Made by a program: the position numbers and the translations under genes. Under the pieces are notes generated by a model. The model was not told the origin of the DNA. It ran no database searches and was given only the letters and a program-made list of their open reading frames with translations. 64,000 nucleotides of DNA from contig JAAXTX010000002.1 of assembly GCA_013336285.1 (NCBI GenBank), forward strand, positions 13,730 to 77,729, in the 5' to 3' direction. This DNA is from Candidatus Moraniibacteriota bacterium (lineage in GTDB: Bacteria; Patescibacteriota; Minisyncoccia; Moranbacterales; UBA1568). Every line of letters begins with the position of its first letter. Within the stretch, counting starts at the first letter, position 1. Shown here one piece after another: positions 26,393 to 35,764 of this stretch.

Positions 26393-27925
26393 TCAGCCCG
26401 TCGGCGGCATCCTCCTCCGGATAATCGTAAGGGAAAGAAGTACGAATAACACGGCGATTCCCGTACCGATAGCTACGTAGACGGGAAGTTCCCGTGACAG
26501 CGAAGACCGATTTCCCTCATCCGCGACTTGGACCGCGAACGTCTCCGGAGTCACGGTAACAGCCTCCGCCGTCTTGATGAACGGGAGTGACTTTGACTGA
26601 GCCGTAATACGTCCCATATTATCGGTCACGGCGACATATACTTCGTGATTTCCGTCTTCCAGGCTCCGATCAAGATCGTATTGCCAGTTGCCGCTACCAT
26701 CCGTCAGCACCGTGACGACGATCGGATCGCTGTAGATATAGAGCGTAAGATACGCGTTAGGAAGGCCCTTCCCTGAAATTACGGTCGTCCGCCTGTTCGT
26801 TTCCGGAGATATGCGATTCTCGACTTTGGTAACAGTATATCTGGTATCCTCCCTTTCCGTCTTCAATTCCGGAGCTGCGGCAATATCCTTCGCTGCCTGG
26901 AACTGAATCTTATCCCTCTTATCCCCGGGGGAATACTTCAGCGGATCGAATCCGCCCCGAACCTCCTCGCCATCCGAAAAACCGTCCCCGTCGGTGTCAC
27001 GTATGTTCAAATCGGTTCCCAAGCGCGCCTCTTCCGCATCGGACAATCCGTCCCCGTCGGCATCCATGAACACGGATTCCGGCACAGGGACGGTCCCGAC
27101 CGTCAATACGAAAGGCCTGTCCCTTGTCGCGTTCAGCTGTTCATTCTCCGTTGGAAGGAAAGCGGCCACTGATCCGCTCAGTCCTGAAACGTTTTTCTCA
27201 CTATCGATCGACTGAACGGCGTATTCATACCTCTTTCCCGGTTCCACGGCCGCGTCGTCAAAATACCTGTTTTCGGTATTTCCTATTGCCATACCGTTGC
27301 GAAAAATCCTATAACGCAAAGCCCCTATGCCGCCCGTCGATGACTGCCACTTCACTCGGACTATCGACTGACCTATAATTTCCGATCCGATATCCGTCGG
27401 AACGGTCGGCGACCGCAACGCCGTCTGCATCGATGTGCCCGTACTCAAGGTCATGCCGGTGCCTGTCGTACCCCCTCCTGAGGTCGTCTGCGAACTACCG
27501 ACGTTGGTCGCCGTGGAAGCCCCTCCGACCGAAGAGACATTGATCGCCGCAGACGTGCTCGTCGTCGAAGAAGATGCGCCGCCGGACACCGTCGTTGACG
27601 CGGAAGTCGCGGTAGGGACTGAGGTCTGATTGCTTGTCGACGTCGTACTTGTCACGTTCGACGTATTTCCAGTCGTTCTGTTGCTGACACTTCGTGTGCC
27701 GTTTGACGTGCCGGTGTTTGAAACCGATATATTCGTTCCAGAAGTAGTCGACGTACCCGTCGATATCTGCGTACTGCTACCGATAGTGCTTGTAATGGTC
27801 GAGGTGGACGATGATACGCTGTCGCCTAGCACCCTGTCGTCGTAATCATGGAATTGGATTCCGAAAAAAGCAATCCCGGCCGCAAGCAGTCCTATCGACA
27901 TGCAGGAGAAGATGATTTTTTTCAT
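26393..27925 (-). CDS. Cell-surface protein: signal peptide, Ser/Thr-rich linker, FN3-like domain, Ca-binding DxDGDG (TSP3-like) repeats, Ig-like domain and a C-terminal transmembrane anchor
   Basis: 510 aa with about 130 aa of S/T/G low complexity. It contains RVKWQ...YRIFRNG...YEYAVQSID (FN3-like), DADGDGLSDAEE/DTDGDGFSDGEE, and a C-terminal LPVYVAIGTGIAVLFVLLSLTIIRRR. Its stop is 1 nt from the HK start. Confidence 0.6.
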   Translation of the reverse strand: MKKIIFSCMSIGLLAAGIAFFGIQFHDYDDRVLGDSVSSSTSTITSTIGSSTQISTGTSTTSGTNISVSNTGTSNGTRSVSNRTTGNTSNVTSTTSTSNQTSVPTATSASTTVSGGASSSTTSTSAAINVSSVGGASTATNVGSSQTTSGGGTTGTGMTLSTGTSMQTALRSPTVPTDIGSEIIGQSIVRVKWQSSTGGIGALRYRIFRNGMAIGNTENRYFDDAAVEPGKRYEYAVQSIDSEKNVSGLSGSVAAFLPTENEQLNATRDRPFVLTVGTVPVPESVFMDADGDGLSDAEEARLGTDLNIRDTDGDGFSDGEEVRGGFDPLKYSPGDKRDKIQFQAAKDIAAAPELKTEREDTRYTVTKVENRISPETNRRTTVISGKGLPNAYLTLYIYSDPIVVTVLTDGSGNWQYDLDRSLEDGNHEVYVAVTDNMGRITAQSKSLPFIKTAEAVTVTPETFAVQVADEGNRSSLSRELPVYVAIGTGIAVLFVLLSLTIIRRRMPPTG

Positions 27926-27931
27926 ACCTCG

Positions 27932-28450
27932 TTATTCGGTTGTAACCACTGATTCCATTGTACTCGCGAGCGAGAAAAGGGCAATTCCCGTAGCTACGGA
28001 AACGTTGAGGGATTCCTTGGTACCGCGCATGGGAATTTCCAACAGGACGTCGCTTTCCCTAAGAATTTCCCCTGAAATCCCTTCCGTCTCATTACCGACG
28101 ACAAGCGCGACTCCCCGATCCGGAACGAAAGACCGATAGTCCGCACCGCCTTTTCCGCATTCAAGCGAAACGATCGCGAACCCTTCAGACCGGAGATGCT
28201 GCATAAGCGTATGAATATCATCCGCCCGTTCCCAGGGAACTGCATACTCCGCACCGAGAGCGGTCTTTGCGAGCGCCTTTTCCGCATTGGTTTTCCAGGA
28301 TCTCGCCGGATCAGCCGGAGTCTGCGTATAACCCGAAAGGAACACCTTCATGACACCGGCACCGTCCGCGGTGCGAAACATGGCGCCTACATTATGCGCG
28401 CTGCGGATGTCATGAAGAATGAGGATGATTTCCGGACCCATAGGACTCAT
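27932..28450 (-). CDS. TrmH/SpoU family RNA 2'-O-methyltransferase
   Basis: 172 aa containing HNVGAMFRTADGAGV and the SPOUT fold. Confidence 0.8.
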   Translation of the reverse strand: MSPMGPEIILILHDIRSAHNVGAMFRTADGAGVMKVFLSGYTQTPADPARSWKTNAEKALAKTALGAEYAVPWERADDIHTLMQHLRSEGFAIVSLECGKGGADYRSFVPDRGVALVVGNETEGISGEILRESDVLLEIPMRGTKESLNVSVATGIALFSLASTMESVVTTE

Positions 28451-29478
28451 TTGACCCCCGAGTCACGAAAAAGATCTTTGGCAACGTCCCAAACAGCCGG
28501 TTCCCCTTTCACTTCCTTCATCCAGTACCACCACTCCACGCCCCAGAGATACGCTTCAGGGAATCCGACCCGCTTCGCGTAATCGACGTATTCGCGAAGC
28601 AAATCGGGATTCATGGTCTTGTACTGTTCCTCGACAGATGCGTTCGCAACCCAACCGTTCGCCCACGGCTCGGCCTGTAATTCCGCGACCACGAACCGGT
28701 CCTTTCCCATTATTAGTCGGATAAGTGCCGCCTTAAGTCGATAATAATTGGGCCCGATCGGATACGTGACGTAGCCGCGGTCCGGGTTGTATACTTTCCG
28801 ATACATCGTCGACCCCAGGATATCGCCTCGGGCGGCGGCGGCGGTCCAGGTCGAAAATTCCCCACTGTCCGTTATCAGTATCGGTCGGGATGGATCAAGG
28901 GATTTTACGTACGCGATCTCGGAATCGAAAAAATCCCTGGAAAGCGTCGGACACTCACCGAAAAACGTCACGAACGGTTCGTTCTCGACCTGCCAGACTT
29001 TCAACTCGGGTCGATCGCGGTAACGGGTAACGACTTTCTCGATGAAATCCGTCAACCGCGCTTCCCGATAGGCGTCATTACCGTCGTCCTTAACCCAATT
29101 CGGAATATGACATTCCGGCCATCGCGGCGACCGTTGTCCCACGACCAGGATCACGTCCGCTCCCCGTTTTGCCGCCACGTCGAGCATCCAGTCCGTGTCG
29201 GAAAAATCATAGGTTCCCCGTTCATTCTCGACCAGATCCCAATAGATCGGAATGCGGATCTTCCGAACGCCGAGATCGTCGAGCACAGCGACATACGCCT
29301 CTTTCCAATCGACACCGAGATCCCGTGCGTACCGCGCGGAAAACGTGACCCCGAGCGAGACGTCGCTGCGCGGCGCGGGACCGGGCAAGTTGAGATACGC
29401 GAACAACCCTCCGGCCGACAAGAGCAGAACGAGTACGGCGATTCCGAAAACCTTGAGGATGAATATCCAGGATTTCAT
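28447..29478 (-). CDS. Membrane-anchored clan GH-A glycoside hydrolase (TIM barrel; family uncertain)
   Basis: An N-terminal transmembrane segment, then IPIYWDLVENERGTYDF... and the catalytic NEP in WQVENEP. It overlaps the TrmH stop by 4 nt. Confidence 0.55.
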   Translation of the reverse strand: MKSWIFILKVFGIAVLVLLLSAGGLFAYLNLPGPAPRSDVSLGVTFSARYARDLGVDWKEAYVAVLDDLGVRKIRIPIYWDLVENERGTYDFSDTDWMLDVAAKRGADVILVVGQRSPRWPECHIPNWVKDDGNDAYREARLTDFIEKVVTRYRDRPELKVWQVENEPFVTFFGECPTLSRDFFDSEIAYVKSLDPSRPILITDSGEFSTWTAAAARGDILGSTMYRKVYNPDRGYVTYPIGPNYYRLKAALIRLIMGKDRFVVAELQAEPWANGWVANASVEEQYKTMNPDLLREYVDYAKRVGFPEAYLWGVEWWYWMKEVKGEPAVWDVAKDLFRDSGVK

Positions 29479-29493
29479 AAACCTATCGATATA

Positions 29494-30435
29494 TCAGAGA
29501 AACCCGTCCGTACTTCCGCCGTACGCGATAAGCCATATCCCGAGTGACAACAGGATGATCGCGAAACATTTCCGAAGCATGCCGGATCGGCTGATGTGCT
29601 CACGAAATATGGAAGGGAAACGGATGGAAAGCGTCATAGCAAGCAGGAACACCAGACCGTACTGAGCACCGTTCATGCCCTGGATGAAAGTCGCCGGCCC
29701 GAGCGAGACCGCATAAGAGACAAGGATGGTCCCGGCACCTCCGAAACCCTGATTCAGAAGGAAAAATGCCGCGGTTCCGACCGTCCGTTTCGCAGAGCCT
29801 GAAAATCGTTCCTGACCGGAGAGGATAGACCTGCGCGATGAGGGCAGCAAGAGCAAGGCGATGCCACCGAGAAACATACCGAGTTTCGACCAGACAAAAC
29901 CAGTCGCGAAATCCGAAAGAAGATAGGATTCCTTGAGCATTATGTAAGAGGCGGCGAAGAGTGCGCCGGAAACGAGCACGTCCCGTGTGAAACCTGGACC
30001 ACGGATACCTTTTCCCCCGGTAGCGAGCAATACTCCGCCTGACACCAATAACGCAAGGGAGAGCACATCGACGGGAGCGACGGAACCGCCCGAGGAGAAA
30101 GAAGAAAAAGCGGAAAGAGCGAACAGGAACCCGGTCGTCGCTACGCCGACAAGCGGTGCCACACGAGAAACCTCACTTCGTTTTATGGCCCGATAAGACG
30201 AAAGCAGTCCGAACAGGAAAAGAAAACCTGAAAACGTGCCGAACGCGATAGCTGTCGGTATAAAAAAGACGAACCCGAACGGCACGAGTGCCAGAAACGG
30301 CAGGCTCGTCAAAGCCGTAAAGAACGCATACAGGGCGGGTGCTCCGATCCGTCGTTCCGAAAGAAGGAATTTGTCGGATATGGACGCGACCGCGAGGAGC
30401 GCATACCCCGTGAACGCAACGAGTAACCAGGACAT
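29494..30435 (-). CDS. Polytopic membrane protein, EamA/DMT-like transporter
   Basis: About 10 predicted transmembrane helices in two halves. The start is assigned to MSWLLVAF... Confidence 0.45.
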   Translation of the reverse strand: MSWLLVAFTGYALLAVASISDKFLLSERRIGAPALYAFFTALTSLPFLALVPFGFVFFIPTAIAFGTFSGFLFLFGLLSSYRAIKRSEVSRVAPLVGVATTGFLFALSAFSSFSSGGSVAPVDVLSLALLVSGGVLLATGGKGIRGPGFTRDVLVSGALFAASYIMLKESYLLSDFATGFVWSKLGMFLGGIALLLLPSSRRSILSGQERFSGSAKRTVGTAAFFLLNQGFGGAGTILVSYAVSLGPATFIQGMNGAQYGLVFLLAMTLSIRFPSIFREHISRSGMLRKCFAIILLSLGIWLIAYGGSTDGFL

Positions 30436-30519
30436 ATGTTCATTTTCTCCAGTATACCGTACGCAAGGAAAAAGAAAAAAGGGACCGGACATCTTCATGT
30501 TCCGGTCCCGTGTCTTCTT

Positions 30520-32061
30520 TCAGTGACTCTCGAGATAAAGCTTCTTTTTTTCCAAATCCTCCGCGATGAGTTCAAATCCCCGGAAACCGTCATCGGGACG
30601 GACCACGCCGGAGTACCGCGGAATCCCGTCCATCATGAAGAGATACGGATATCTCCTGTTCGGATCAAGCGTTCCCCAGTATGCCATCAGTTTTCCGTAA
30701 GCGTTATTCTTGACATTGCGGATCGATTGACCAACGGAACGACCACGACCGATCCGATACCGGACCGATGTCGCCCAAAACGGAGCCTGGTGAAACACAT
30801 CCTGCGCCTCTTTCGGACTCATCTTCTCGAACCAATCCCGACAGACATGCCGGAGATCATACTCGTTCGGATCAAACGTCAGCAGACTCCCGTCCTTTAC
30901 CGCATCCTCATAATCCCTTGACCCGGGAAGCGGCGTGACGCAGAACAGCGACGTCAAGTCCAGAATCCGATTAAAGCCCATGACCTGCTCCTTTATTTCT
31001 TGCCGGGTCTGAGTCGGAAAACCGAGCATGACACCGGAGTTGACAAGAACGCCGTACTGACGCCATTGACTGGCGATTTCCTGATACCGTTCCGGCTTAT
31101 TATGTGGTTTATTCACATCTTTCAGCGCCCCAGAATCAAGACTTTCCATGCCGGTAAACACATGGGTCACTCCCGCCAGTACCAAATCACGCATTTCGCG
31201 CTCGATTCCGGCAGCCGAATCGATCTGGATGAAAATATCCAACGGCCTACCGGTCGCTTTCAGAAGTTTCTGATTCAACCGGATGAGTCCCTCTTTCACG
31301 ATCTGATAATGATATGAGCGACGGAAATTATCATCCCCCAATATAATCCTGTGCCCGTTCCGATGTGTCCGCTCAATCCAATCGAGCACAACTTCCGGAT
31401 CGCGGGCACGACATGCGTCCACGTTGCCGCCACGAAGATTGATCACGCAGCAGTACGAGCATTTGAAGGGACAACCTTCGCTTGTGTTTATTCCCACCAT
31501 CGGGTTCAAACACCGCTCGTGCTCATGCGGCCCGGAAAGTGCAGGGAGCGGCGCGATACTGATATCGACATACTCCTTCTGCCAGTAGAACGGTTTCAGA
31601 CCGCCATTCAGAAAATCCTCGACGATCCGCCCGACCGTGATTTCGCCTTCGCCGACATTGAATACGATCCCATATCTGACCATGTAATCGTACGTTTTCC
31701 AATCGGCCAACGTCACGCCGGGACCGCCGATGACGACCGTATAGCCGTATCCTCTCATCCGTCTGGCGATATCGATAGCCCGTGCGAGCTCGTACGTCCG
31801 AGCCGTAATGAAGATCAACGAACTTCGCTTCGGCAGACGACGGATGTCCCCCACATAGCTCTCGCCGATTTCCAAACGTTCTTCCACAAGAATAACGTCA
31901 CACGCTACCCCGAGACCGGCGGCGGCGGCTTCCGCTATCGCCTGGAGCACTTTCGGTGCCGGAGATTTCATCAGGATATAGCGATATTGCAACAATCTTC
32001 CGCCATCATCGTAGGATGATGGGGAGATTATAACTACGTTTATCTTTTCCGCCATCATCAA
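30520..32061 (-). CDS. B12-binding-domain radical SAM protein (class B rSAM)
   Basis: 513 aa with an N-terminal Rossmann-like B12-binding region and the radical SAM motif CPFKCSYC (CxxxCxxC). Confidence 0.8.
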   Translation of the reverse strand: MMMAEKINVVIISPSSYDDGGRLLQYRYILMKSPAPKVLQAIAEAAAAGLGVACDVILVEERLEIGESYVGDIRRLPKRSSLIFITARTYELARAIDIARRMRGYGYTVVIGGPGVTLADWKTYDYMVRYGIVFNVGEGEITVGRIVEDFLNGGLKPFYWQKEYVDISIAPLPALSGPHEHERCLNPMVGINTSEGCPFKCSYCCVINLRGGNVDACRARDPEVVLDWIERTHRNGHRIILGDDNFRRSYHYQIVKEGLIRLNQKLLKATGRPLDIFIQIDSAAGIEREMRDLVLAGVTHVFTGMESLDSGALKDVNKPHNKPERYQEIASQWRQYGVLVNSGVMLGFPTQTRQEIKEQVMGFNRILDLTSLFCVTPLPGSRDYEDAVKDGSLLTFDPNEYDLRHVCRDWFEKMSPKEAQDVFHQAPFWATSVRYRIGRGRSVGQSIRNVKNNAYGKLMAYWGTLDPNRRYPYLFMMDGIPRYSGVVRPDDGFRGFELIAEDLEKKKLYLESH

Positions 32062-32214
32062 CCCTCCTTTTTTGGATCAAATTATTAACGGTACGCGTAT
32101 AGCGCCCTTTGCAGTGATGTCACTCAATCACAGATTGCGAAAACAGTCAAAGCTCGCGACCCCTCAGCGACATTTCATGTTCGAAAAACGACTATGTCGG
32201 TCATTTCGATCCCA

Positions 32215-32991
32215 TCAGCTTCGGGCTATCTTGTCGTAGTACATGCGAACACCGGAAATCCAACTTTGGACGCTCTCGGGACTGTGTCCCGCACACGTGT
32301 TTCCGCATTTCCACACGATCAGTTTCTCCGGACTGCTTGCCTGTCGTTTGGCGACAAGTTCCGCGATTCGATCCCCGACGGCATGCGCCGCCTCATCCGC
32401 TGAACCGAAGCACGCGTATCCCATAGCCATACCAAGACTTCCCGAACCTTTGAGTCCCCAATAGTTCCTGCAGTCTCTTCCGGCCAGTGTCGGGGCATGC
32501 TTCCCCCAATCCGATTCCTTCTTCGCGATACCGACTATGAGAGCAGCTATCTCGCGGTCGTACTCCGCTATGACTGGCGCCATTTCCTCGATAGGATATC
32601 CGAAAACAACGGCACGGACCTCATCTTCCAAACCGCTCGGATCACCTTCCTCGGGAATCCCGCCCGTAGCGAGCAACTCCTTGCAGTGGTCACGCTCAGT
32701 CGAGAAATTCTCAATCGTTTCCGCTTCGGCCCCGAACACATACCGGAATTCCTTTCCGGCAAGGACATTGCAGATACCGTTCCCATCGACCGAAACCGTT
32801 GCGGCAGGACTCATGTCGACCGTATCCTGTCTCGGTGAAATGGCAAGTACGGACATTCCTAGCACGAAAAAAATGGCAGAAAGAAAAACGGCCCGTTTAA
32901 GGCGTCGTACAAATACCTTTCTGTTTATTGCTTTTCCCCGACGTTTATTTTCCTCCGTCCCCTCCGAAACCACCGTTTCGGTTTTCGGCAT
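32215..32991 (-). CDS. Membrane-anchored protein with GH73-like (glucosaminidase-type) domain, paralog A
   Basis: An N-terminal transmembrane segment is followed by the candidate catalytic motif IAKKESDWGKH (compare GH73 A..ESGWG) and a C-terminal W.CG..CAGHS...WIS.V..YYDK block. Confidence 0.45.
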   Translation of the reverse strand: MPKTETVVSEGTEENKRRGKAINRKVFVRRLKRAVFLSAIFFVLGMSVLAISPRQDTVDMSPAATVSVDGNGICNVLAGKEFRYVFGAEAETIENFSTERDHCKELLATGGIPEEGDPSGLEDEVRAVVFGYPIEEMAPVIAEYDREIAALIVGIAKKESDWGKHAPTLAGRDCRNYWGLKGSGSLGMAMGYACFGSADEAAHAVGDRIAELVAKRQASSPEKLIVWKCGNTCAGHSPESVQSWISGVRMYYDKIARS

Positions 32992-33175
32992 AGTTATCCG
33001 TTAAGGATCGTTCTGCCCTCCATGCATTTTCCCTCCAGGAACGCCATCACAATATATCATGAAATAGTCTCTCGAAAAAGTATCAGCGATGACCTGTCAA
33101 GGCGCGGTTATACAGGTCGCTACCGGATATTCCTTCAAACAAGCCGGAGAATTGATATGAATAGGTCGCGGTCAT

Positions 33176-33202
33176 ACGATAAAACGGCCCGGAAAGCCGT
33201 TT
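33176..33202 (-). terminator. Intrinsic terminator after paralog B (AACGGC-CCGGAAA-GCCGTT followed by a T-run on the minus strand)
   Basis: Hairpin with an adjacent A/T run. Confidence 0.5.
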
Positions 33203-33228
33203 CATTCGAATCTCGACATGGCCAAGAT

Positions 33229-34368
33229 TTACTCCTCCGTCGGAGCGGAATCATTCAGCTTGTCATAATACAACTCCACGTCGGAAATCCATTTCTGAAC
33301 GCTGTAAGAGCTATGTGCCGCACATGAACTTCCGCATTTCCAAATGATAAGCTCTTGCGGCGTATCGATATGATTATTGACGATAAGCGTCTCAAGGCGC
33401 TTCCCTACGGTCGAGACGGCATCTTCACGACTATTGAAACAGGTATGCCCCCCCGTACCCATCAGTTTCCTAATTCCGCGATACCCCCAATAGTTGTAAC
33501 AATCCTGGCCGTCGAGTACCGGAACGCGCACTCCCCAGTTCGACTCCTTCTTCGCGATTGCGACGAGGAACATAGCGACGGTCCGATCCTGCTTGACGAT
33601 CTCAGGTACCATATCCTCAATCGGATACCCGGCGACCATTTTCCGGACGCGAGTCTCGAATTCCTTCGTATCCGGATCCTCCGCGGCAAGTTCCGCAAGC
33701 AGTTGTTCCGTATCGAATACCGAGGTACCCGAATCTACCAAGGGTTGTTGCGCCGGCTGTTGTACGTATACGATATTTGCCTCTTCAGCCTGTGCGCCGT
33801 TTCCAAAGGAATGTTGCAGAAGCAGAGCCGAAACCATGCCAAGTGCCATCGCTCCGACCAGCGGCACGTATGCCGCCTGTCCGGATGAAATGCCCAATCT
33901 GAAGCCGGACATTCCCGTAGCCAGATTGTCCCCGAAATCTCGTGACCGGTTCTCAAGCAATCGCCAAGCCGCTTCGACTCCCGAAAAATCAGGCAGTTCC
34001 GGAATGTTCGGGAGGGTAATGACAAACGGACGGCGATATTCCGTGACGCCGGAAAAACCGGGTTTCCGAAGCGCGTCAACAGTTCGGATGGGAGCGAAAA
34101 ACATGGGCTTCTCGCCGAGAACATCGATGGCGTGTGCGGGATACAGAATAGAATCACCCGAAAAGGAAGCGACCCGAAATCTCCTTCCGCGCGATATCAC
34201 CTCGGATCGGTATTCCCGAAGGGATGTCCGGCCCACGAAAGAAGACGCGACTAATGGTCGCTTGGAAGAAACACTGTCGATCGATGTCTGTTTTTGTTCT
34301 TTCAGAGGAAAGACGTTCGGGTGCATAGAAGGCTTTTGTTTTCTGCCGTCCATTCTCGGACGGGACAT
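33229..34368 (-). CDS. Membrane-anchored protein with GH73-like domain, paralog B (long cytoplasmic N-terminal region)
   Basis: 379 aa. The C-terminal 200 aa align with paralog A (MVAGYPIEDMVPEIV...AKKESNWG...IIWKCGSSCAAHS...WISDVELYYDK). A transmembrane helix lies near residue 185. Confidence 0.45.
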   Translation of the reverse strand: MSRPRMDGRKQKPSMHPNVFPLKEQKQTSIDSVSSKRPLVASSFVGRTSLREYRSEVISRGRRFRVASFSGDSILYPAHAIDVLGEKPMFFAPIRTVDALRKPGFSGVTEYRRPFVITLPNIPELPDFSGVEAAWRLLENRSRDFGDNLATGMSGFRLGISSGQAAYVPLVGAMALGMVSALLLQHSFGNGAQAEEANIVYVQQPAQQPLVDSGTSVFDTEQLLAELAAEDPDTKEFETRVRKMVAGYPIEDMVPEIVKQDRTVAMFLVAIAKKESNWGVRVPVLDGQDCYNYWGYRGIRKLMGTGGHTCFNSREDAVSTVGKRLETLIVNNHIDTPQELIIWKCGSSCAAHSSYSVQKWISDVELYYDKLNDSAPTEE

Positions 34369-34382
34369 CCCTGATCCGTTAT

Positions 34383-34787
34383 TTATTTCGTCGCTGCCGA
34401 CAGTCCCAGCTTATCGATGAAATATGCCTCCACATCCGGCGTACCGACATAGCATTTCCCTTCCGCATAGAGAAAAGGCACTCCGATTTCCTTTTCCTGC
34501 AAACCGCACGACTTCGCCTTCGCGGCCATCTCTGCCGAGTTAGCCTGGTCATGCCAGACTTCCTTCTTCGAAAAGCTCATTTTTTCCGATGCCTTGTTGT
34601 CATCGAGGAATTTCTCGACATCCTTGCAATGCGGACATTCGACGCCGTAGTAGAAAACGATTCCCGTAGAGGCGTCTGAGCTTGCGGAATCCGAAGTGAT
34701 ATTTTGAGACCGGTTCTGAAGCATGAAGCCCCCGACAAACACGGCCACTGCTAACAATGCGATCACCGCGATAGCCTTCTTATCCAT
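34383..34787 (-). CDS. Membrane-anchored thioredoxin-fold protein (CPHC active site)
   Basis: An N-terminal transmembrane segment, GVECPHCKD, and a second Cys pair later in the sequence. Confidence 0.6.
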   Translation of the reverse strand: MDKKAIAVIALLAVAVFVGGFMLQNRSQNITSDSASSDASTGIVFYYGVECPHCKDVEKFLDDNKASEKMSFSKKEVWHDQANSAEMAAKAKSCGLQEKEIGVPFLYAEGKCYVGTPDVEAYFIDKLGLSAATK

Positions 34788-34900
34788 ATAGAAACCTTTT
34801 ATTCCTGAAGACTCACTGCCGTATCATGATAGCACTTTTTTCGCATAAAAAAAAGCGCGGACTTTATTTCCGCCCCGGAAAAGCATTATCGTCAGCAGTT

Positions 34901-35752
34901 TCAGACTCCTGTCCGGCTTTCGGAACGGTTTCGCCACACGAAGATGACAACTAACGAGACAGCCACTGATAACATACCGAGTGACAAAGCCTGCCCCATG
35001 GTCATCCAACCGAAGAAAAGACCCGTCCCCGGATCCGGCTCACGGAAGAACTCCGCTATGAATCGAGCAACGGAATATCCGATAAGGAAAACAGCCGAAA
35101 CCGAACCGTCGGGAAGCTTTCGTTTCCTTAAGAAAGCCAGGAAAAGGAACAATACGACTCCCTCCAGCAGTGCTTCGTACAATACCGACGGATGACGCAA
35201 CTCCCAGGTTCCGCCAGTGGACGGGTCGGGCAGATATATGCCCCACGGCACGTCGGTTTTCCTACCGACAAGTTCCAGGTTCAAAAAATTTCCGATCCTA
35301 CCGAGAAACAGCGCCAACGGTACGCCGGATACGACGAAATCGGCGAATGCGAGCATTCCTAGCTTTCTGATCCGGACGAAGACAAGGAATACGATCCCCG
35401 AACCAATAAGCGCACCGAAGAAGCTCATCCCGTGGATGCCAGAATATGACCCGGTGCCGGAATCGATCGGCAAGAATAACGACATCGGCGTTGAAAGTAG
35501 CGACGGATCATACAGTAACGCGTATCCGAGTCGGCCGCCGAGAAGCGTTCCGAAAAATATTGAGAATGCGGCATCCCATACGGTCTCCGTGTCAAAACGG
35601 GAATCCGCCTTTCTTGCGCGACGGAGCAGGAAAGCCGTCGCCACAAGGAATCCGAGGATGAAGCAGATCGCATACCATCTGACAGTAAACGGCCCGGCCG
35701 TGAGAGCGACCGGGTCGATACATTCCGCAAAGTACCGCCATGACTCTGACAT
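34901..35752 (-). CDS. lgt: Prolipoprotein diacylglyceryl transferase
   Basis: The Lgt signature GRIGNFLNLELVGR and a 7-TM architecture. Confidence 0.85.
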   Translation of the reverse strand: MSESWRYFAECIDPVALTAGPFTVRWYAICFILGFLVATAFLLRRARKADSRFDTETVWDAAFSIFFGTLLGGRLGYALLYDPSLLSTPMSLFLPIDSGTGSYSGIHGMSFFGALIGSGIVFLVFVRIRKLGMLAFADFVVSGVPLALFLGRIGNFLNLELVGRKTDVPWGIYLPDPSTGGTWELRHPSVLYEALLEGVVLFLFLAFLRKRKLPDGSVSAVFLIGYSVARFIAEFFREPDPGTGLFFGWMTMGQALSLGMLSVAVSLVVIFVWRNRSESRTGV

Positions 35753-35764
35753 AGGAATTTCGCG

